This document shows positions 59,419-64,000 of a stretch of 64,000 bases of DNA, piece after piece (the stretch's first letter is position 1; each line of letters starts with the position of its first letter). The translations under genes were made by a program, and so were the position numbers. The notes under the pieces were generated by a model. It made no database searches, was not told where the DNA came from, and saw only the letters and a program-made list of their open reading frames with translations. The DNA is from a virus (taxonomy: Duplodnaviria > Caudoviricetes): the IMG/VR virus record IMGVR_UViG_3300034061_004620; one strand, given 5' to 3'.

Positions 59419-62400
59419 ATGGCACAACAGTTAATTATTACCGGAAACACAGCCAGTGACGGCGGCGGGGATCCGTTAAGAACCGCATTTACCAAAATTA
59501 ATGCAAATTTCACTGAACTGTACAGCGGTAACGTACAAATTACGGCCGCCAACATATTGGTCAATTCGGTAAATGGCCAAATTGGCAACGTTTCTTTAAC
59601 TGTGGCAGATATTCCAAATGCAGCCAGCAAAGGCTATGTAACCAATGCTATATCTGGAAACATTGCCACACTCAATGCGAATTTTAATTCTGTAAATTCT
59701 AATGTTGCAGCGGCCAATTCTGTTATCTCAAATCATTCCTCAAGAATAACCTCACTTGAAAGCAACGCGGCTACTCAGGCCACAGCTATCACTAACTTAA
59801 CCAGTATCAAAGCAACCATAGCTTACGTAGACAGCAGTATTGATTTGGCCTTGAGTAGTAATGCTATATTGGCTAATGTAGCATCAGTGAATGCCAATGT
59901 AGCAGCAGCAAATGCGGCCATGGCACTCAAAGCTAACTTGACCGGTGCAGTGTTTACCGGTAATGTGTATGCAGATTATCTACATGCGAACAATTTGGTT
60001 CGTGCAGACACCTATTTTATTGGCGGGTCAGAAATTGATCAAGCAGCAGGAGAATCTTGGGCCAATCCAGCAGCTTTGTTTTTCGGCAATAGTTCGGGCT
60101 CGACGAATCCATATTATCAGATAAATTTACAGAACTTGGAGCCAACAGGTAGTGGTGATATTGTGGTTACTGCTGATGACGGCACCGATGCTACCAATTT
60201 TGCTGCGTTTGGTATTTCTGGTAGCCAAATGTTTGATCCACAATATCCGTCGTCACTGGCACACGACGCTTACGTTTATATCATTGGCGGAAATTTAGAT
60301 TTACACAGCGAGGATGGCAATGTTGAATTAATCTCCGGTAATATTGCTACTGGACAAATTACCGTAACACAAAGCAACATAGTAAAATTAGGACAAAATG
60401 TAAGGATTGAATTTCCAGACGGTACTCGCCAAAGCACAGCGTTTGGTGGCAATGCCAGCCTCACATCATTGAATGCTAATATAACAGCAGCCAATACAGC
60501 TATAGCTGTGCTACAGAGCAATGTGTCAAGTCTCACTGCAGATGTTGGTGCCCTGTATTCAAATGCAGGAAGTCAATCAACAATTTTAAACAACTTGTTG
60601 TCAAATGCAGCTTCACAAGCAGTAAGTCTGAATTCACTGAGTGCTGCTGTAACTTTGTCTAACGCAAACGCAGCAGTTCAATCTGTAGATATTATATCAT
60701 TACGTGCCAACATCACCGCATCAAACGCAAATATTGCTATTCTACAAGGTAACATTACAACTTTAAGTTTAGATCTTGCCAGCTTGTCTGCAAATGCAGG
60801 TGCACAGGCCACTCAACTAAACACTTTAATTTCAAATGTAGTCACACAGTCTACACAGTTAAGTTCTTTGACTTCAAATGCAGCATCACAAGAAACATCA
60901 CTCAATTCGTTGACAAGTAATGCCGTTACCCAGTCTACACAAATAAATTTACTAAATGCCAATTTATCTGCTTCAAATTCAAATATATCTATATTGCAAG
61001 GTAATGTCACAAGTATAAATCTTGACATCGCATCTATTTTTAGTAATTTAGGCAATTATGTTTCCAACATTACAGCAACTAATTCTAATGTTGCAGCAGC
61101 CAATGCAAGAATAGTTTCAATTGATGCGAATCTTGGTTCAATTACGTCAAACGTCAATACCCTCACAGCTAATGCAGCCACTCAATCTCAATTGATCAAT
61201 CTGCTCAATGCCAATGTTACAGCGGCCAACACTGCCATATTGAACAGAGCCAATTTGTCAGGAGCAATATTTACTGGCAATGTACAAGCAGGTAATCTTA
61301 TTGCAAATGCAAATGCTTTTGTTAACTCAACTTTGCGAGTAGGTTTGCCAGTTGTTATAGACTATCCACATGCGGCAGGCACCTTTACTGGTAATGTTAA
61401 TGGCTACTATCAATTGGTGGTGCAAAATTTAAGCAACGAGTCTGGTGCTTCAGGCGATATTGTAGTCACTGCCGACGACGGTGATGATTTGAATAATTAT
61501 TTAAATATTGGTATAAACAGTAGTAATTTCTCCGGTAATTTTATAGGATCATTTGGAGATACAGGCTTACCGGAGTTCCCTCATGACGGATATTTTACTG
61601 TTATAGGTGGTAATACCGCACTACGCAGCGACGGGAATGTTTATTTTGCTGCCAATACCAGTCTCATGACACTTGAGAAAGATGGCAATTTTCGATTGTT
61701 TGGCAATGTAGCTTTACAATTTTCAGACGGTACAATTCAAACTTCAGCGGTAGAAGATGTGTCAGGTTTGTTTTCAAATATCGGCATACTTTCTAATACT
61801 GTTGCAAGTTTAACTGCAACTACCAGTACCCAATCTGCAAATATCAGCACACTTTTTTCTAACGCTGCCGGCCAGGCCACTTTTATCAATGATATCAATT
61901 CCAATCTTGGGGCCGTAGTTAATTCTATAGTGTCTTTAACAAGCAATGCTGCCACGCAATCAACAGCCATTGATTTATTAAATGCCAATCTATTAGCTAC
62001 AAACACCAGTGTAAATACCACAAACGCAAATATTGGTGCATATCAAACATTTGCAAATGCCAATGCAGCAGCACAATCTACTTCTTTTAATACACTTAAT
62101 GCCAATATAGGAGCCTATCAGAACTGGGCCAATGTCAATATCTACGATATTCAAGCCAATCTTGGTGCGTACGAAGCTTTTGCTAATGCAAACGTATCAA
62201 CACTGTCTACAACAATTGATCAAATTAACGCCAATGTTGGATCATATCAAATTTATGCAAATGCAAATGCCTCAACCCAAACTATTTCTATTAGCACCAT
62301 TAGTGCCAATTTGGGTGCTTATCAATTGTTTGCTAACTCAAACATTGTTGTCATACAGGCCAATTTGGGTTCATTCCAATCATTCGCTAATGCCAATGCA

Positions 62401-63114
62401 GCAGCACAAGCAGAATTAATAGATACTATCAATGCCAATGTAACAGCGGCAAATGCAATAATTGCGGCGATAGATTTTAGTTCTTTGACAGCGACCAATG
62501 CCAATGTAGCTGCGGCCAATGTGGAAATATTATCATTAAGTGCAAATATTACAGCAGCTAATATATCGCATGCGGCCAATGTAGAATCAGCTAATGCTTC
62601 AATTACTGCGGCAAATATTGAAATCAATGCGTTACGTGCAAACATTACAGCAGCTAACACGCTTTCTAATTTGAGAGCAATTACCAGTAATGTTGTACCC
62701 AATGCTAATGTTACTTTTAGTCTGGGAGAAAATTCCAAACGCTGGGCCAACATTTACGCCAATACTGCACTGTATTTAGGATTTAGCACTATAACAACCA
62801 GTGGTGGTAACATTTATGTAGACGGAAATCCAGTTGGGGCAGGCACGTACGGTAACACACAAGTAGCACAGTATCTGCCGTTTCACAATGCCAATATTGG
62901 GGCTACAAATGTCAATGCTTCTGCCAACATAGCAGCATCATATATCAGTGCCGCTGCCAATGTTACAGCAGTCAATATAAACGCCACACGGGTAGTGACT
63001 TCGAACGTATCATATATTATGGGTAATGGCGTACATTGGACCACAACTGTATCAAACGTAGCGGCCGCGCTCAATCAATTGGCAGCACGAATTTACGCAT
63101 TGGAGAACCCATAA
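59419..63114 (+). CDS. Baseplate-attached long tail fibre/virion protein
   Basis: T4 gp9/gp10-like N-terminus GNTASDGGGDPLRTAFTKINANFTELY; long Asn/Ala-rich coiled-coil repeats; two GDIVVTADDG modules. Confidence 0.8.
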   Translation: MAQQLIITGNTASDGGGDPLRTAFTKINANFTELYSGNVQITAANILVNSVNGQIGNVSLTVADIPNAASKGYVTNAISGNIATLNANFNSVNSNVAAANSVISNHSSRITSLESNAATQATAITNLTSIKATIAYVDSSIDLALSSNAILANVASVNANVAAANAAMALKANLTGAVFTGNVYADYLHANNLVRADTYFIGGSEIDQAAGESWANPAALFFGNSSGSTNPYYQINLQNLEPTGSGDIVVTADDGTDATNFAAFGISGSQMFDPQYPSSLAHDAYVYIIGGNLDLHSEDGNVELISGNIATGQITVTQSNIVKLGQNVRIEFPDGTRQSTAFGGNASLTSLNANITAANTAIAVLQSNVSSLTADVGALYSNAGSQSTILNNLLSNAASQAVSLNSLSAAVTLSNANAAVQSVDIISLRANITASNANIAILQGNITTLSLDLASLSANAGAQATQLNTLISNVVTQSTQLSSLTSNAASQETSLNSLTSNAVTQSTQINLLNANLSASNSNISILQGNVTSINLDIASIFSNLGNYVSNITATNSNVAAANARIVSIDANLGSITSNVNTLTANAATQSQLINLLNANVTAANTAILNRANLSGAIFTGNVQAGNLIANANAFVNSTLRVGLPVVIDYPHAAGTFTGNVNGYYQLVVQNLSNESGASGDIVVTADDGDDLNNYLNIGINSSNFSGNFIGSFGDTGLPEFPHDGYFTVIGGNTALRSDGNVYFAANTSLMTLEKDGNFRLFGNVALQFSDGTIQTSAVEDVSGLFSNIGILSNTVASLTATTSTQSANISTLFSNAAGQATFINDINSNLGAVVNSIVSLTSNAATQSTAIDLLNANLLATNTSVNTTNANIGAYQTFANANAAAQSTSFNTLNANIGAYQNWANVNIYDIQANLGAYEAFANANVSTLSTTIDQINANVGSYQIYANANASTQTISISTISANLGAYQLFANSNIVVIQANLGSFQSFANANAAAQAELIDTINANVTAANAIIAAIDFSSLTATNANVAAANVEILSLSANITAANISHAANVESANASITAANIEINALRANITAANTLSNLRAITSNVVPNANVTFSLGENSKRWANIYANTALYLGFSTITTSGGNIYVDGNPVGAGTYGNTQVAQYLPFHNANIGATNVNASANIAASYISAAANVTAVNINATRVVTSNVSYIMGNGVHWTTTVSNVAAALNQLAARIYALENP

Positions 63115-63144
63115 AATTGATTAAATATGTAAAATGGATAAAAG

Positions 63145-64000
63145 ATGGCATATACAATAATTAATATTGGTGTTGAAGCCAATGACGGAACAGGAAGTGC
63201 ATTACGCTCAGCGTTTAAAACAGTCAATGATAACTTTCAAATTATCAATGATGGACTTTATGCCGGTGCCAGACAAACAATCATAAGCGCACTAAGCGTA
63301 CAGGGCGACTATTTTCTTTCAAATAGTTATATCCTGGCTAACACTTATGTTAGTGCAAACAGCATTATAGGTAATACAGTTGTCAGTAATGGCAATTTGT
63401 ATGTTTCAAAAGATGGAGCATATATTGTTGGTAATGTAAACATCATTGGAAACTTGACTGTTACCGGTTCTCAACAGTCTACTCAAACTTCCAGTGCTAC
63501 TGCACCTATTATTTTAATTCATGCCAATGCTGCACCATACACATCTAACGACGGCAAGGACATTGGATTAGAGTGGCAATATTATGATGGTGCAGACAAG
63601 TATGCGTTCTTAGGATGGCAAAACTCAACTGGCAGCTTGATTTATCAAGATAATGTAACAGATTCAGCAAATGTTATAACCGGTGGGACATTTGGTAATG
63701 TTCAGTTTGGTCAATTGATGTTGAGTAACACAACGTCATCAACCAGTAATGTAACCGGTGCTTTACAAGTAGCCGGCGGCGCGGGCATACAAGGAAATGT
63801 TTTTGTACAAAGCAACGTGTTTGTTGGCAACAATGCCAACATTGGAAACATAACTGTTCGCGGATTTCATGTGGGCACCCTACGATTTGCAGGTGCAGAT
63901 ACCATAACAATTAATGGTAGCCCAGTACAAACAGCAGCACAGGCATTCAATGGTGGCACAGTAGGCTTGGCAACAATCTTTGCTGACAGTACCAATTCAA
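63145..64000 (+). CDS. Second baseplate/tail-fibre protein (partial, runs off the right edge)
   Basis: Not in the ORF track. MAYTIINIGVEANDGTGSALRSAFKTVNDNFQ..., GALQVAGGAGIQGNVFV; open to the edge. Confidence 0.8.
   Translation, partial: MAYTIINIGVEANDGTGSALRSAFKTVNDNFQIINDGLYAGARQTIISALSVQGDYFLSNSYILANTYVSANSIIGNTVVSNGNLYVSKDGAYIVGNVNIIGNLTVTGSQQSTQTSSATAPIILIHANAAPYTSNDGKDIGLEWQYYDGADKYAFLGWQNSTGSLIYQDNVTDSANVITGGTFGNVQFGQLMLSNTTSSTSNVTGALQVAGGAGIQGNVFVQSNVFVGNNANIGNITVRGFHVGTLRFAGADTITINGSPVQTAAQAFNGGTVGLATIFADSTNS

Noticed and set aside
59419-63114. Diversity-generating retroelement target or DNA tandem repeat in the tail fibre
   Set aside because: The repeats are degenerate protein-level Asn/Ala heptads. 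No template/variable repeat pair and no reverse transcriptase is in the window.
60276-63910. Minus-strand and alternate-frame ORFs inside the tail genes
   Set aside because: Antisense shadows of low-complexity, stop-poor coding sequence.

Overview
This window is a 64-kb segment of a large lytic T4-like/jumbo dsDNA phage (Caudoviricetes), roughly 40% GC, using the standard genetic code. It is not bacterial chromosome. Evidence: almost all genes on the + strand, dense short ORFs, sigma70-type early promoters, (A)TAAATA late-promoter boxes, T4 gp9/gp10-like baseplate/tail-fibre N-termini, and homing endonucleases. Left to right: (1) a sugar/amidino modification module with ugd, a dioxygenase, an amidinotransferase, a radical SAM protein and glycosyltransferase-like genes; (2) early small ORFs and UvsE; (3) a lipoprotein cluster; (4) a run of proteins sharing a capsid-targeting-like N-terminus; (5) more early ORFs including Pal and an L7/L12-like protein; (6) an MjaI-family endonuclease and a circularly permuted tmRNA; (7) DNA ligase and AhpC/AhpD; (8) pqqA, a formamidase and a TAXI-like protein; (9) a leader-peptide attenuator followed by 28 CCA-ending tRNAs covering all 20 amino acids, interleaved with structured ncRNAs; (10) phosphoesterases, IF-1, SOD and ErpA; (11) tail-fibre genes. 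The accessory genes suggest a freshwater proteobacterial host, probably Betaproteobacteria (inference). Strongest leads: (a) I found no CTAG in a manual scan of the whole window, which also carries a solitary CTAG-family (MjaI) nuclease; (b) a translation-sensing attenuator appears to gate the tRNA array; (c) the capsid-targeted proteins look like protease-cleaved polyproteins; (d) a phage-encoded PqqA; (e) a two-copy unknown ncRNA. All calls come from motif recognition by eye; no database searches were run.
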